Below, one piece after another: positions 14,921-28,580 of a stretch of 64,000 nt of DNA (within the stretch, counting starts at the first letter, position 1; the number at the start of each line of letters is the position of its first letter). The notes under the pieces were generated by a model. The model was not told the origin of the DNA. It saw only the letters and a list, made by a program, of their open reading frames with translations, and searched no databases. The position numbers and the translations under genes are program-made. The stretch lies in NCBI RefSeq assembly GCF_009914755.1, contig NC_060935.1; one strand, 5' to 3'. The stretch is from the human T2T-CHM13v2.0 reference genome, Homo sapiens.

Positions 14921-16544
14921 GGAGGCCCCAGCATCTCAGGCTCCTGTCTGACATTCTCCTTTAGCTCTGGTGAGGCTTCCAGGACATTCCACTCCGGCAT
15001 ATCACCCTAAACACTAGAAGACTGCTTTCCAGCATCGGGCCTGCTCTTGAGCTTTCTAGAGTTCCAGGGACCCTGGACAGCCACCATGACCAAGTCCATT
15101 GGATGTCAGCTCAGGAGAGACACAGGAACCTCTTCCTGCCTATTTGCAGGAGTTTGATGGTCTGTCCTGAAGTCCATGGCTCTCCTAGGAAGGGGCTGTG
15201 GGTTCTAGGACTGACCCTGATCTCTGCCTGTAATTCTTTCTAACACATTTTTATCACCAACTCCACCCATAGCTGCCCTATGTAGAACAGATTTCTTGTC
15301 TTGTCTTTGTTTAGACCCAGTTTCTTCTGGACTCCTGGCTGATCCAGCCTGAGTGCTGTGTGGCCACCTCTTCCATTCCGACTGCGTTGGCATGCCTGGG
15401 CTCTGTGAGTGTGAGTGTGCACGTGTGGATGTGGCATGGGGGAGCATGTGTCTGCCCTGTGTCTCTCCCCTCCTGCAGGCCTGGAGTCCTTGCATGGAGC
15501 CCAGGGGTGAGTCATGTAGAGAATGGGATGGATGGCTGGACTTCCAGGTGAGGGGCTGTTGGTGGGTGGTATGCTCTGACATTTTAGGGGCACAGGGGAC
15601 CCCTTAAAGGACTGGGTTGATTTCTGGCCTAGAAAACGTTCGACCTATGGGGATCTTTATCACCTAAGACATATAGGTAGTCTGCTGCATGCAGTATCAA
15701 AGCAATATGTGAGGTTGAGAGAAGGGAGCGTATGACCAAGACCAAGCTGTGAGTAGGGATGGCAACTGGTTCTCACCCCCTCTGTAGCTGCTGTCCCAGC
15801 AGGCCTCCTAATTTCAGGTCCCTAGTCTGCAGATGCACACTGCTTGGTGGCTGTGTCTCCTGCAAGTACTGTCTTTATTTGTTAGGATCACCATATGAAC
15901 GGACTGACAGTGCTGACAGTGGTGCCATGGTGCTGTGACCTGATACCATGTCAGGCACCATGAAAAGAGCGAATAGCTACCAATCCTCTCTGACTTGGGC
16001 CAAGATTCTGCAGCACCTCAGAGCTCCTGGGACAACCACACAGAGCCTTTTTGTTTTCATCAACATTGAACGACCAGGCTTGAATGAGCTGCCAGGACAG
16101 GGCTGCTCAGGAGGATACGGCAGTGTGATGGCCATTTACAGAGGCCTGGAGGCAAGAAGACAGAGAAAGTAATGAGACAAGAACCCTGGGAAGCCATGGA
16201 AGGGAGGCTAAGTACATGAGTCAGGACCACACACTGTGGGAGCTGGAGCCATCGATGTATCAGTGTATCACTTCACTGGCTGAGACTCACACTTGTGGCC
16301 GCCAGTCTGCCAGGCACAGCCAGTCTGCTGAGGGTGAACCATTGAGGGGAAGGTCTGAGGAAGCACCTGCCAGTGCGGGTAAAATCAATTCTGAACTCTG
16401 TCCCCCAGCAGATCCTGCACATTTGTGTGTCTACACATGGATCTATAAATCCATGTGGCTCTGTAACCTCAGAGTTGCCTTTTGATGACTGGCAAGGGTA
16501 AAGGGAGTAATCAAGAGGCTGGACTCCCAGGGCCTAACCAAACT

Positions 16545-17120
16545 GTTTCCAGTTGTCTATTACTCTATAACAAATCATCTGAAAATATAATTTAACACAG
16601 CAACAATCATTGATTTAGCTTACAAATCTTTACTTTGGGCAAGGCTCAGTAGGGAAGATTCAAAAGGCTAATCTGTGCTCCATGTAGCATCAGCTGAATG
16701 GGCAGCTAGACAGGGAGCTGGAGGACCCAAGATGGCACAGTTACATGGCTGGCAAGTTGGTGCTGGCTACAGGCTGGAGGTGCTGTCAGAACTGAGGGTC
16801 AGGGGTCTTTGTTCCTCTCCACATGGACTGCTGCATGTGGGCCCCTCTGCACGCTACTTGAGCTTCCTCACAACATGGTAGCTGAGTTCTAAGACTGAGC
16901 AACCCACAAGAACCATGCAGAAGCTGTTTTGCCTTTTTTGGCTGACCTAACGGAAGTCATATAGCATTACTTGCACCATAGTCACAAGCCCACCTAGGTT
17001 CAAGAAGGGGGATCATAGATGCCACCTCTTAATGGGAGGAATGCCAGAGACACATCATAAGAATACCTGGGATGGGAGATAGTGTGGTGGGTGGTCATTT
17101 TAGGAAAACATAATACCATC
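16545..17120 (-). mobile_element. MLT1 (ERVL-MaLR) solo LTR, MLT1G/H-like
   Basis: tctattactctataacaaatc...ccaagatggc...catggctggcaagttggtgctggc...gcttcctcacaacatgg...ccacctcttaatgggagga. Confidence 0.8.
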
Positions 17121-18079
17121 TCCATATGAGCCATGGAGAAGGAATGGCCATATTTTGACATTACCACATACTTAGAACCCTGAGGGACTTGTAGAATGGC
17201 AATGGGACAAGGATAAGATGCTGAAGAAGTGAATCTTGCCATGGGCACGTGGAAAGATCCTAACTGTAGCGCCTGATGTGTTTCTACCCTGGGTGTGGTG
17301 GTGGGGGCAGCAAAGCTTTTGATCTGCTTCCTTGATGTCTGTGAGAGACCATTTGTGAGAAAAATACATCCCCTCCCACCTCTAGCTCAGCTCCACAGAG
17401 GTCCCTAATGAATAATCCTCATCAGAGAGAGACCAGAAATAGCCTCCTACTTAACAGCCAGGCAGAGACGGGGCTGAGTGTGGGGCTCGGAGGTGCTAGC
17501 CCTGGCAGCTGGCAGGCTGGTCAGTATGGGTATTTTTCCTTTTGCATCTCTGGGCCTTGGAACAGAGCCACATCCAGGGAGATGCCCCCAGCCTGGTGCT
17601 CTCTAAGGGAACGTGAACGGGCTCCAGAGGACAGAGGCAGCTGCTGGTTCCAGAAATGAAGCTGCCCGCCTAAAGGTTAATTACCCTCAGTCGGGCTGGG
17701 CCAGAACGCAGTTGCCGAGACCTGCTGTCTTCCTGATACTCTGCTCTCAGGCTGCACCAGCTGAAGTCTTTGCTTTGCGCAGGGCCCTGCTGCTGGGAGG
17801 CCAGGACTGCTGCACAGAGACACTTCTCTTCTGTCTCCCACCTCTTACCCCCTCCCGTGCTGTTGGAGGTTGGTTTTTGCTTGCAGGACTCCAGCAAGCC
17901 GGCTGGCTGCTTTCGATGGGCCAGAGCATAAGCAAAGGCAGGGCAGTAACCTTTACCTGGTCTGGCCTGGAGACATTTATAAAACCCAAGAGCTTGGGGA
18001 CAAACTGTATGGATGTGAGATGTATAAATAGCCCTCAGGAGAACCTGCCAGGTCAGGAGTCCGGAGTCCTTTCCAAGGC

Positions 18080-18229
18080 ATATTTTTCAAAGGGAGGGCC
18101 AAGGATCACCTATTTAAAATCTTACCTGGAGACTCTATTAAAAATGTAGACTTCAGACCTACTAAATCTCAAATGTCTGAATCAGGCAACCCAGTGAGTC
18201 ACAGGAATTCTAAAGTTTGAGACCCACTT
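18080..18229. mobile_element. MER5A-like hAT MITE
   Basis: attaaaaatgtaga...cagacctactaaatc...taaagtttgagacccact. Confidence 0.7.
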
Positions 18230-20934
18230 CTTGTCCCTACCCTCATCTAGAATGCTCATTCTAGATCTAGTTTCTACCCCCAATCTCATGGCAGTTCCGC
18301 TCACCTCCGTTGAGCACCTGCTCTATGCCGTGTGTTGTGTTACATGTCGGAGACATGAGGATAAATAAGACATGGTACCTGACAGGGAGGGGATGATTGC
18401 TTTCAGAAGTCCCTGGACTAAGTTCTGTCATCTGAAAATAGGGGTTCAGTTCCCCAGCCCTTCTCCTTATCTTCTACTGCAGTTTTGGAGTTACTTCCTG
18501 AGGGATTCTCTGCAAATGCTGACTAGCTTATAGAAAATAAAAGGTCAGTTTGATAGGAGTACTGGAGAATTGGTGCCATCTGGTTTTGCAATGTGGGATT
18601 TTAATAATAACCCTAGTTTACTTTTATATGACACCTCTGACTGTCCCTGCAAATAGACTATTCTATAAGTGTTTGTTGCATACACTGTGTATGCTTTGGA
18701 CAGCTGTTCACCCAGTTCCCAAAGCCTCTTCCTTTTTGAGGCTCTTTTAGGTTTTCTGATTATACCAAAGAGAGTCCCAGTTTTTCTGAACTAAAAAATC
18801 AGAGTAGTGTAGAAGACAGAGTCCTGGACAAGGAATAAAATGGCCGGGATGCTCTCAGCCACCTGTGAGACTCAGAGTGTACTGTTCTGTCTGTATTTTC
18901 CCACCTGCCACATTAATACATCACTGTCTGCATCATTGGGATCAAGTAGCTAACGCAGGCGAGGGTGCTTTGGAAACCAAGAAGCAGCCACGCACATACA
19001 AAGCATCGTGATTCATAACCAGAATGCTGTACCTTGGTTTCAGAGTGGCTTGTAGGTCCCAGTTGAACAGTAGTCAGCGCGAGACAAGGCAGAAACAAAA
19101 CGAAATGACTGACACCACGTCAGATCTTAAGTCCTGGATCCACAAATACAGAAGGTTCCCTGTATTCCAATTAATCTTTCTAGTAACTCGGAGAAATAGG
19201 TAGGACAGACTTATCTGTACAGTAAGGAGATTGAACTGGATATTTTCTGGGACCTGTTCCATTTTTACAATAGAACAATTCTATAATTTGCCAGATGAGA
19301 AAGCTGAGATGAGCTGGGCCGAGTCACCGGGAGGTTAGGAGGTCTGACTGAGACCACATGGCTCCTGCATGGCAGAAGTCAAGATACAGTTCGGACCTCC
19401 TGGTGGACCCCAGGGGTGGCTCTTCTGATCGACGGCACTGACTCACTCTGGCCCCTCTGTAACCAAGTGCATATAGGCTCTGAGTCTGGCCTGCTCTGTG
19501 GGCATAACGGCCCCCCCATTCCAGCTGTGTGAGGCAGCAGTGGTGCGGGCTCTTTCTTCTGGGCACGTGACTCACAATAGAGAGTCTTTCTTCACAGATT
19601 GGAATGCGCCCTGCGGTTTTTCTGTGCAGGGGTCAAAGGCGATCCCTTTCTCCAGGGAAGAAAGCAGACCTCCTCCAGATTCTGTGCCCAGAGGGCCTGG
19701 GGCTTGACCTTGAGCCTTGCACATCGCCCTGCTCCTCTCTGAGCTGCTTTGCTACCTCAGGAAAGCAGAGTAAGCTGTTGCTGCATCACCATTTTAAATG
19801 TTAATGATTTGTATTATTTTAAAATCTGTTTGTGTGCCTGGAGGCCTCTTTGCCAGAGGCCCAGAAAGTAAGGAAGTGGGTAAATAAATTAACTGGGAGT
19901 CTTCAGCTGACTACAAAACTGTCATTCCCAGAAGGCAGTGCAGAACTGGAGCACCAGGCGGCCCGGCCAGCCTCGCTTGCCCCTGTGAGGTGGGGAGGGG
20001 GTGTGAGCAGCTGCAGGGCCCTGCTCTCCCATTCCATCTCAGGGTGGGCCATGCAGGGTGGGCCATGCTGAGCTGTAGGAGACAGTGAGCTCCAAGTCAG
20101 TGTCTCTGATGAATCCTGCACCACAGCTTGTTATGTCAGGAAAGCGTGCCTTCCTCGAGAGACATCAAATACTAATGGCAGCAGTGGAGGCAGAGGGTAA
20201 ATGAAAGCGAGTTATAAATGTTCCTTTTAAGGGCAACAGTGGGTGAGAGTAGAATGAGCATTTCAAGAGCAGAGCAAAGGCATTAAACCTTGGGTCTTAA
20301 CTTTCTCAGTGGGCTCACCAAGGTGGGACGAGATGTTCCTCGCTTCATCTGCTGCCCCAAGTCAGAGACCTCCTGGTGCCCATCACCTGCCTCTGCCACA
20401 GCCCAAGGTGTGCAGAGAGAAGCAAATTCATCCTGGCGGGACCCATCCCCCTGGTCTGGGGATCAGTGCTGAGGCACACCCTGGCATGGGTCATGCTTCT
20501 CTTCAAGGGGTGTCTCTCAGGATAGCCCAAGTTCAGGAGGACAGGCTCTTTCAGAATCTAAGAGCAGAGACTCCCAAGGCAGAAAGGGGCCTCCAAGATC
20601 CTAACCAATCTCTTTTGAATCTGTAGCCACCTGGCAAAACTATACCAAACAGATTGATCCTTAATGTTTTCCAGAAAAGAACTTCCCAAAATGTCCATTG
20701 CAGGATGATCCAATAGAAAGAGGGAAGCTAATGTACCCTGAACCTGCAGAAGGCCTTTTGTGGCTGGAGAGGGCTGGAAATTTCTCCCCAGTGCCCTCAG
20801 GCCAGGACAGAAAGGCTTTAAAGCTGACGTGTAGCCCAGAGGAGACAGGAGGTGGGTTCTGTACGGGATGAAAAGCTTGGAAGTCCTAGCAACTGAATCC
20901 TACCCATTCCGTGGTCTGAGTAGCTTCATTAAGA

Positions 20935-21130
20935 ATCCAATTCATTCATATATCCATGCACTCAGGAAATGATTATTATACACTGCACTGTGCCATGCTC
21001 TTTGTGAGGTGCTGTGGATGCAATAATACACAAAGCACACAAGGTCGCTGCTTCACGCAGCTTACACCCAGCAGGGAAATTAAATGGACATGTCAATAAA
21101 TAGTGACTGTAAAGTAAGGTGAATACTCCA
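20935..21130 (-). mobile_element. L2 3' fragment
   Basis: ttcattcat...tgtgccatgctctttgtgaggtgctgtggatgca. Confidence 0.6.
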
Positions 21131-21349
21131 CTAGCACACATACAGGGTGCTAAGGGAACCTGGGGTGCAGGGGCACCCAGCCTGCCCTTGGGGGTAGTGG
21201 AAGGCTTCTCAGAGGTGATGGAGAAGCCAGGTCCTGATGTCCAGCCATGCGGTGTGCTGGGGCGAGGGTTGGGAAGAGAGGGGGAAACGTGACAGAAAAT
21301 GAGACCGGACAGGTAGGATTTAAGAGAGGAAAAGAAACCAGGCCTGCTG

Positions 21350-22360
21350 GCCTAGGAAGGACCTTAGCCAAGGCAGTCTGTAACCATTTTCAGCTCCTTT
21401 AGGCAAATCTCCCTCAAACTTAGTCATTTTTTGCCTTCCAGAGGCAGTGTCAACAGAGGTCACCCACCCTTCTGTGCTTTTCTTCTAAATTTATCCTCTG
21501 ACCACGCACGGTGGCACATGTCTGGAATCCCAACACATTGGGAGGCCAGCATTGGAGGATCACTTGAGCCCAGGAGTTCAAGAACAGCCTGGCCAACATA
21601 GTAAGACCCTGTCTCTTAAAAAAAAAAAAAAAAACTTCTACTTAAATTCTGCCAGGGACAGGGAGCTCACTGCCTGGTCGTCAGTTTTTCCTAATGTTGA
21701 GTCCAAATCTCAGCCTTATCACTCCCTTCTGCTGGCCCCGGTTGGCCCTCCTGGGCCTAGAGAAGGAAGACTCCAGATTCTTCACGATGGCCCTTTATAC
21801 ACTTGAAGTTAGCAACCACATTACTTCCGATCTTCTCTTCCTTAGAAGGAGTCTTTCCTGCCCCCTCAGTCCCTTCTTATGTGATTTGATTTTTACCCGT
21901 GTCACTAGCCTGGATCCCTTCTTTTGCTGGTCTGTTATTGTCCTTTTGAAAGGAATGACAATAACTGGTCACAGTTTCCTGCGTGAGCCTGGCTGGAGTG
22001 GGGATGAGAGAGGCAGTGCCCAACTTTGAGACACTCTGCTATTATTTACACAGCCCAAGGTTGCACTTTTTTATAAGCAGCAGTTTGCCACAGCTGGCTC
22101 ATGTCAAGCGTGTGGTTCTAAAAACAAATGAAAAAACAAAGCTCATGTTTTCCTCTTTTAATAAACTTGTCCAAGTCAAGTGTCCCCCTGTTTATAGGTC
22201 TGCTGTATTTCTTGAATCCAAGATTTCACTGGATTGGTTTCTCTCAGCGTTCTATTCTGCTGTTCATTGGTTGTTTGGATTCGGCCACCTGACATGCTAA
22301 GCACACCCCCTCCCAGTTTTGTGCCCTCTGCAGATTTTATCAGCATGCTCTGTGGGTTGT
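21350..22360 (-). mobile_element. L3/CR1 LINE remnant (RT C-terminal part), interrupted by a FLAM
   Basis: Minus-strand translation MLIKSAEGTKLGG (CR1: MLIKFADDTKLGG) and HTLDMSQ...LGCVN (CR1: HKLNMSQ...ILGCIN). Confidence 0.75.
21500..21634 (+). mobile_element. FLAM_C / free left Alu monomer
   Basis: Single left arm (ggaggatcacttgagcccaggagttcaag) followed directly by poly-A. Confidence 0.9.
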
Positions 22361-22789
22361 CATTCCTGGCACCTGAAAAGCCCCCCGAACCCAGGCAGGT
22401 AAACTCCATAAAGAGAGCAGGAGGAAGACAGAGGGGGGCCACCCTTGCGTCACTGACATTGGGCTCTTCAGTCATTGTCATGTTGTAATTGGCAAATGCA
22501 GAAAGCACCAGCATGTTTTGTGCTTAGAGCTCTTTACCAGGCGAGGTTTAATTGCAATGGGATTTATGACCGTAGCTTGTAGGAGGTAATAGATGTAGCT
22601 GTGTCTCTTTTATCTTCTCTGGCTACAGAGGATTTTTTAAGGGAGGAGGAAAGACAAGTGGGGCTGGAACTGGGAAACTCGGTGAGGTAGAGAGGTGGCT
22701 ACGAGGGACTTGATGAGTCGCAGTTGCTAAGGTTGCCCTAAGAGATGTACAACATGAATATTCATAGTTCTGTTCACTTAGGTGACTGC

Positions 22790-22970
22790 TTTGCTAGCTT
22801 TATCTCTTCACAGCAGCTTTGGAAGATAGGGAAAGGAAGGCTCAATTCTCCATTTTACAGAGGGGGAAATTGAGTCGAGAGTGGATTTGCTGCGGATTCA
22901 AAGTCCCATTGAGAGTCATGAATAGAATTGGGGCTGGAATCAGGTCTTGTGCTCTGCTCTTCCTACCATA
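22790..22970 (-). mobile_element. MIR
   Basis: ctccattttacagagggggaaattgag. Confidence 0.7.
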
Positions 22971-23399
22971 GAGCACCTGCTTCTCCAGCATTATTCACAG
23001 GATTTCATCCTGGCTCATCACTCATTCCTCTTCCATCATTATTTAAGAGATAATGTCTATGACAGCACATTGTAAACTAAAGTCTAAAGGTGCTATCCAT
23101 AGTTGCTGTTGTTATGACTGAGGACTTAGCTGTGTCGAGACACCATGTGGATGCAAAAGTGTATGCTATGCTCTCCCAGCCTTTCAATAGCGGTGACTTT
23201 AATAATGTCGGGAATTCACCCAGTCTGGAGGCTCATTGTGACTTACAATCCACAGCTCTGGGGTTTTGGAGAAAGGAAAGTGCTAGTGCGTGTGATTATT
23301 GCAAGCCAGAGTAAAGATGAGGGGCTTTCAGAAGGAAAGGACTAACCTTTTCCTTCCTGCCTTCCCTTTCTTAATCCACTCGCGCTATTTATTTTTTCT

Positions 23400-24310
23400 T
23401 TCAGCAGTTATTTATTGAACACCTACTGTGTGCCAGGCACTGAGCCATGTGCTATGAATCTAGTGGTACATGGGGAGAAGTGGTTTTTTGCTTCTTGGAA
23501 CTTAAATCTCGTGGAGGTTAGGGAGAGGACACAGAAGATTAAGCACTTACTGAAAAGTATCAAATGTGTCCTAATAGAGGAAGTTTGAAGTACTACAGCG
23601 TCCCATAGCAAGGCCCTGTGACCTGGTCTGGGAGTTAAGGATGGCTTCCTAGAGGAAATGACTCAAGCTGAGACTGGAGTTTAAATAAAAGGTAGATGTT
23701 ACTCTAGATGAAGGGGACATGGAACAGTGCTTTTTCAGGGCCTGAGTCAAGAGAGAATATGATTCTTTTTGAAATGTAGGGAGAGGGGGAGGTGGGAACA
23801 GATGAGCCTGGAGAGGTAGGAAGCGGTCAGATCATAAAGGCTCTTAGGAGTCTTGTTAAGGAGGGTTCGGCTTTAGCCTAGTATAAGGGAAAGCTACTGG
23901 AGAGTTACAGGCAAGGAGGGACATGATCAGATTTCTATTTTGGAGAGACTCCTTTAGCTGCAGAGTGGCAAATGCATGGGAGGAAGCAGGTGTTTGGTGT
24001 GGGTCCTGCTGATTCTGAATTGCCTCTGGGCTTTGCACTGGAGGTGTCCACCCTGTAGGTAACTACCTTCATCCGTGGGACTGGAGCTCAAAAGACAGGT
24101 ATAGGCTGGAAATAGGAATTCACTGTATCTCTGCTGGCACCGGGGCACTAATGCTTATCCTGGGCCAGGTGCTGGGATTCGGCTTATCTGTGGAGCAATA
24201 ATTGAAGCCAAGGATATGTGTGATCAAGGGAGGGAGAAGGGGCCCTGGGGCACAGTCCCGAGGAGCCCCAACCTACGGGGGCAGGCAAGAAAGTCGACCC
24301 TGCAATTAAT
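23400..24310 (-). mobile_element. L2 fragments
   Basis: tatttattgaacacctactgtgtgccaggcactg...ggcttcctagagga...gacatgatcagattt. Confidence 0.75.
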
Positions 24311-25028
24311 TCAGGAAAAGGAAGCCCTTTTGGAATCACAGACCTGTTTGAGCATCCGTTGTCGGAAAGCGGTGGGTCGTGTCTCATAAAAACAAAAAAA
24401 CAAAGTAAAACGAAACAAAAGCAATTGGAAGCTCATGAACCCCCCTAGAGGTTGTTCTGTGAATGCAGATGAAGGACCCCTGGCCTAAAGTGTGTTCCAC
24501 CCCTCCATGTTCCTTTCCTTTTCTTTCCTGTTTGTCTGATTCCAACGCTCCCTCTCTCTCCTCTTTCCCCTCCATGTTTCCTTTTCTAGACATTCGTTTT
24601 CCCCACCAACACCTTCCCAGTCAGGTATGGAGAACGACATTTGCAAAAGGCTTGGGGATTCTCAAATTCCTGTGGCCCCAAACCTCTGGGAAGAAAACGT
24701 CCCGTGTTTGCAGCTTCATTTCACACCAGGCCACGTGGGCGCCACACCCGCTCCCTTTTGTGGGGCTGCTGTACTGGCGGCAAATGTTCCCACTTTTGAG
24801 ATAGAACTGGGGAGACTGAAGCAGAAAATAGGACGCAGCCTCCTCTGGGTTCCAGCCTTAATTTAATTTAAATGAATTAAACATATTCTTCCTGAGCCCC
24901 TTCTTGGTGGAAAGCACAGTGGATTCCAGGTGGGGGAAGTCACCCAAGCAAAGGCTCATCCTGAGCAGAGAGTGGGCTTCTGTGTAGTTCAGGAACTGGG
25001 CATGTGGGCAGTGGGGGAAGGCGGCTAA

Positions 25029-25547
<519 letters not shown>

Positions 25548-28374
25548 TGAATTGAGTGACTGCTATGTGCAGGCTCAGAGCTATGGTACAAAAGGTGCAA
25601 AGAAAACTAAGATGCAGTCTCTGCCTTCTAAGTGTTGGCAGCCTGGCTGGGGAAGCAGAAACTGAGTATAAATAGATGAGGAGGAATCCCAGGCCCCCAG
25701 CACCCCTGACCTGACATTCCCTCTGCACAGGAATCCTTCCAGCAGTGAGAGAAGAAGGAATTCTTCTCTCCCTGAAGTTTCCAGGAGAGACAGCCTTTTC
25801 CAGCTGCCACCGCTCTGCTCATCAGAGTGCTAAGGATGGATCCACAGGAGAGGGTGGTTCTGCAGCATGATTGTCCCTGAACTCCATTTATCAGCTCAGG
25901 GCCCTGGTAATAAAATCTATTTGCACAGCCATGGACTGAGAATTTAGCTCAGATGGTTAGAGAGGGCGTGCTTAGGGACTAGGATCCAAATCCTTTAAAT
26001 ATTTGCTGTGGGGATGTCTTCATACCCAAGAGGGGAAAGGATGCTGCGGCGGTGGCTCCTCGTCGCTCTGACAGGCAGTTTGGGGTCCAGCCAGGAGATT
26101 TTTCCTGCCGACGGAATGCCTGTAAATGGAGGCCAGGTGCCCTGTGCTCATCGCGGAACTGGTTGCCTTTGGTCACCTTAGTGTGAGCCTCAGGCTGGGG
26201 TCACAGCCATTGCAAGGTAGCTAATGGCTGGGACAGAGGAAGCAACTGCACACACCTGGGTGGTGGGCAACGCTGCAGGAACAGGCTTTCAGAAGGGCAG
26301 CTGCTGTGGGGCATCCTTTGGCAATGTTTACAGTATCACGAGGTGAGATGTTACTGCCCCCTGGGGCTTCTTCCCTACTTCTCCTGTCCCTTGAACCTGC
26401 TCACAGGCGGATGAGCATGCCCAGGATCTGGCAGTGCTTAGGGATTGGAGAAGGATGGGCCCACTATCTCCTTTGCCATCCTGCCAACACACATGTCCCA
26501 GCCTGCATAGAAAGACACCGCAGGGCCAGGAAATCTGAGTCCTAAAAGTTTAAAAAAAAAAAAGCGATGGGAGAACTTGATTTGTGATGTTGGCTGTATC
26601 AGTTGACCTCTTTGGTCCTCATTTCCTTACTTACAAGAGGGGAAATAAGAATCCTCCTGCTTCCTGCATCACCAAGGTGAGGAGAGGAGACTACATGGGA
26701 TGAAGAAAGAGAGGGCTTGGGTGGGGAAAGCCTGCTGGGGGTGTGTGGGATTCTGATCAGGGAAGCCCAGCCGCCCAGCCTGGGGTGCCCTTCCAGCTCT
26801 GGGCTTTGTGGGCAGGAATGTGCTCTCCCTGGAGCTGAGGCTCCACGGGCTTAGGCCTCCTGGAGGCTCAGCAGCTGGGGGATGGGGAGACCTCCCAGCA
26901 AGGCTGGGGTAGGAAATGGCCAGCCTGTACCTCCCTGCCCGCGTCTGTAAGCTGAGGCGGCTGTCTGTGGCAAGAGGGCTTGAAAAGATTCCGAAAAGAA
27001 TTAAGTCAGTGCCATGGTTTTCCCCTTAAGTGTCTGTCTAGACACAACACCTGATTCCAGGAAAGGATCATAAGTCCATTTGCTTGTTGCTTTGGGTGCT
27101 GAGAAGCCTGACTTCTCCCTCCTGCCATCTTCCCTCTCTTCCAGGGTGTTCCTCCCTCTCCTCACCAAGAGCAAAGACAGGACTCAGCCCTGGAGTTCCT
27201 AATATGTCCCCTCAAGTCTGTAAGTCCATCAGGGACCTCCCAGCCACTCCCTCCTCTCCCCGTCTTTACCCAGGCTTTCTGGAAACAGCAGAAAAAGCTC
27301 CAACTCCCGGTAGCCTGAGGAGTGATGTGACCAGCGTCTCTGAGTCATGGAGGCATCCATATTCAGGAGAGGATACTTGCCAGTTTCCATTTTCCCTGAG
27401 GACAGAGCAAGAAGAGATAGGCTTAGGCAGCCGCAAGTGGATTTAGGCTGGGTTAGACAAGAGATTGGTGTCGCTGGATAATAATGTGGTTCCCTGCCAC
27501 TCTCCTCTCTAGCGTTCTAAGCCAGGGACACTTAACCTCCAGCCGCAAGTACAGCCTTGCCCCGGCATGGGACCAATCCTGTCCTTGAGATGGAAGGAAG
27601 GAGGGAGAATCCAACATGTATTGAGCATTGTCTGTACGCTGAAGCTGAGCAAGGCACTTTCATATCCAAGTCACCTTAGGTGGGCAGGTGGATGTCCAGG
27701 GCTGTGGGTCTGCCGCCTGGGAGGGCCAGCCTGGCCGCTGTTGCCTGTGCCCAGGACCTGCCAGTACCAACCTTGGTCCTGCCTTGACTTAGCCTGGGTT
27801 CATACCTCAGGGATGCTTGGACCTTTAACCCTTTCCCGTCGTACTTGCCCGTTCAGTCCCTTGCTGACTACAATCAGAATGGTTTCAGGACTGGCTAAGC
27901 CCTGTTTTTAAGAACAAGAGTTATTAACCATAGGAATGGTTTGCTAAGAAAGAAGGTGGCCCTCCCCTTTCTAGAATAAGGTATAGAATCAGGCTTAAAG
28001 AAGTAAAACAACAGGTTTTGCGGGTTTTTTTTAGATACACATTTACTCTTTATTTTGGTAAGTTGCATAATTGAGTTTTTTTTAAAGTGTATAATGAATA
28101 TTTTGAATTTTAAATAAACAAGATTTTAAAGAAATCCAACAAATCAGAGATCTCACATTCTTCTGCAGAGACACCATCAATAATTTCATAGCATTTTATG
28201 CATGCTTGGGTGAGTCCTTCATTAAAAATAAGCTTTTAAAAATAATAGGCTGTAGCAACTTCTACAGCCACACATAAAGTGGTATTTCCTATAATCTGCT
28301 CTGGGTAGAGGCAGGGAACTGAAGGCAGTGTGTGTGAGGGGTTAACCAGGTGGCTTCCTTCCAGAGATAACCTG

Positions 28375-28580
28375 GTAGAATATGAAGGTTTTAGAGTGAG
28401 ACGGATCTAGATTCAAATCGGCTCTGATACTCACTGCCTGTGTGACCTTGGGCCAGCTACCTTCCCTTGGATTCTGAGTGCTCCTCTTCTGGTAAAGTCA
28501 GACTGTTGATGATACCAGCTTCCCAGTTGTTTTGAAGATGATCTGAGATACAGCCTGTGAGTCAGTCTCCTAGAGGCCTA
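28375..28580 (+). mobile_element. MIR
   Basis: gattcaaatcggctctgatactcactgcctgtgtgaccttgggc. Confidence 0.75.

Noticed and set aside
17613-18149. 178-aa ORF
   Set aside because: Non-ATG start, no recognisable domain, and it runs into a MER5 element; consistent with chance in GC-rich DNA
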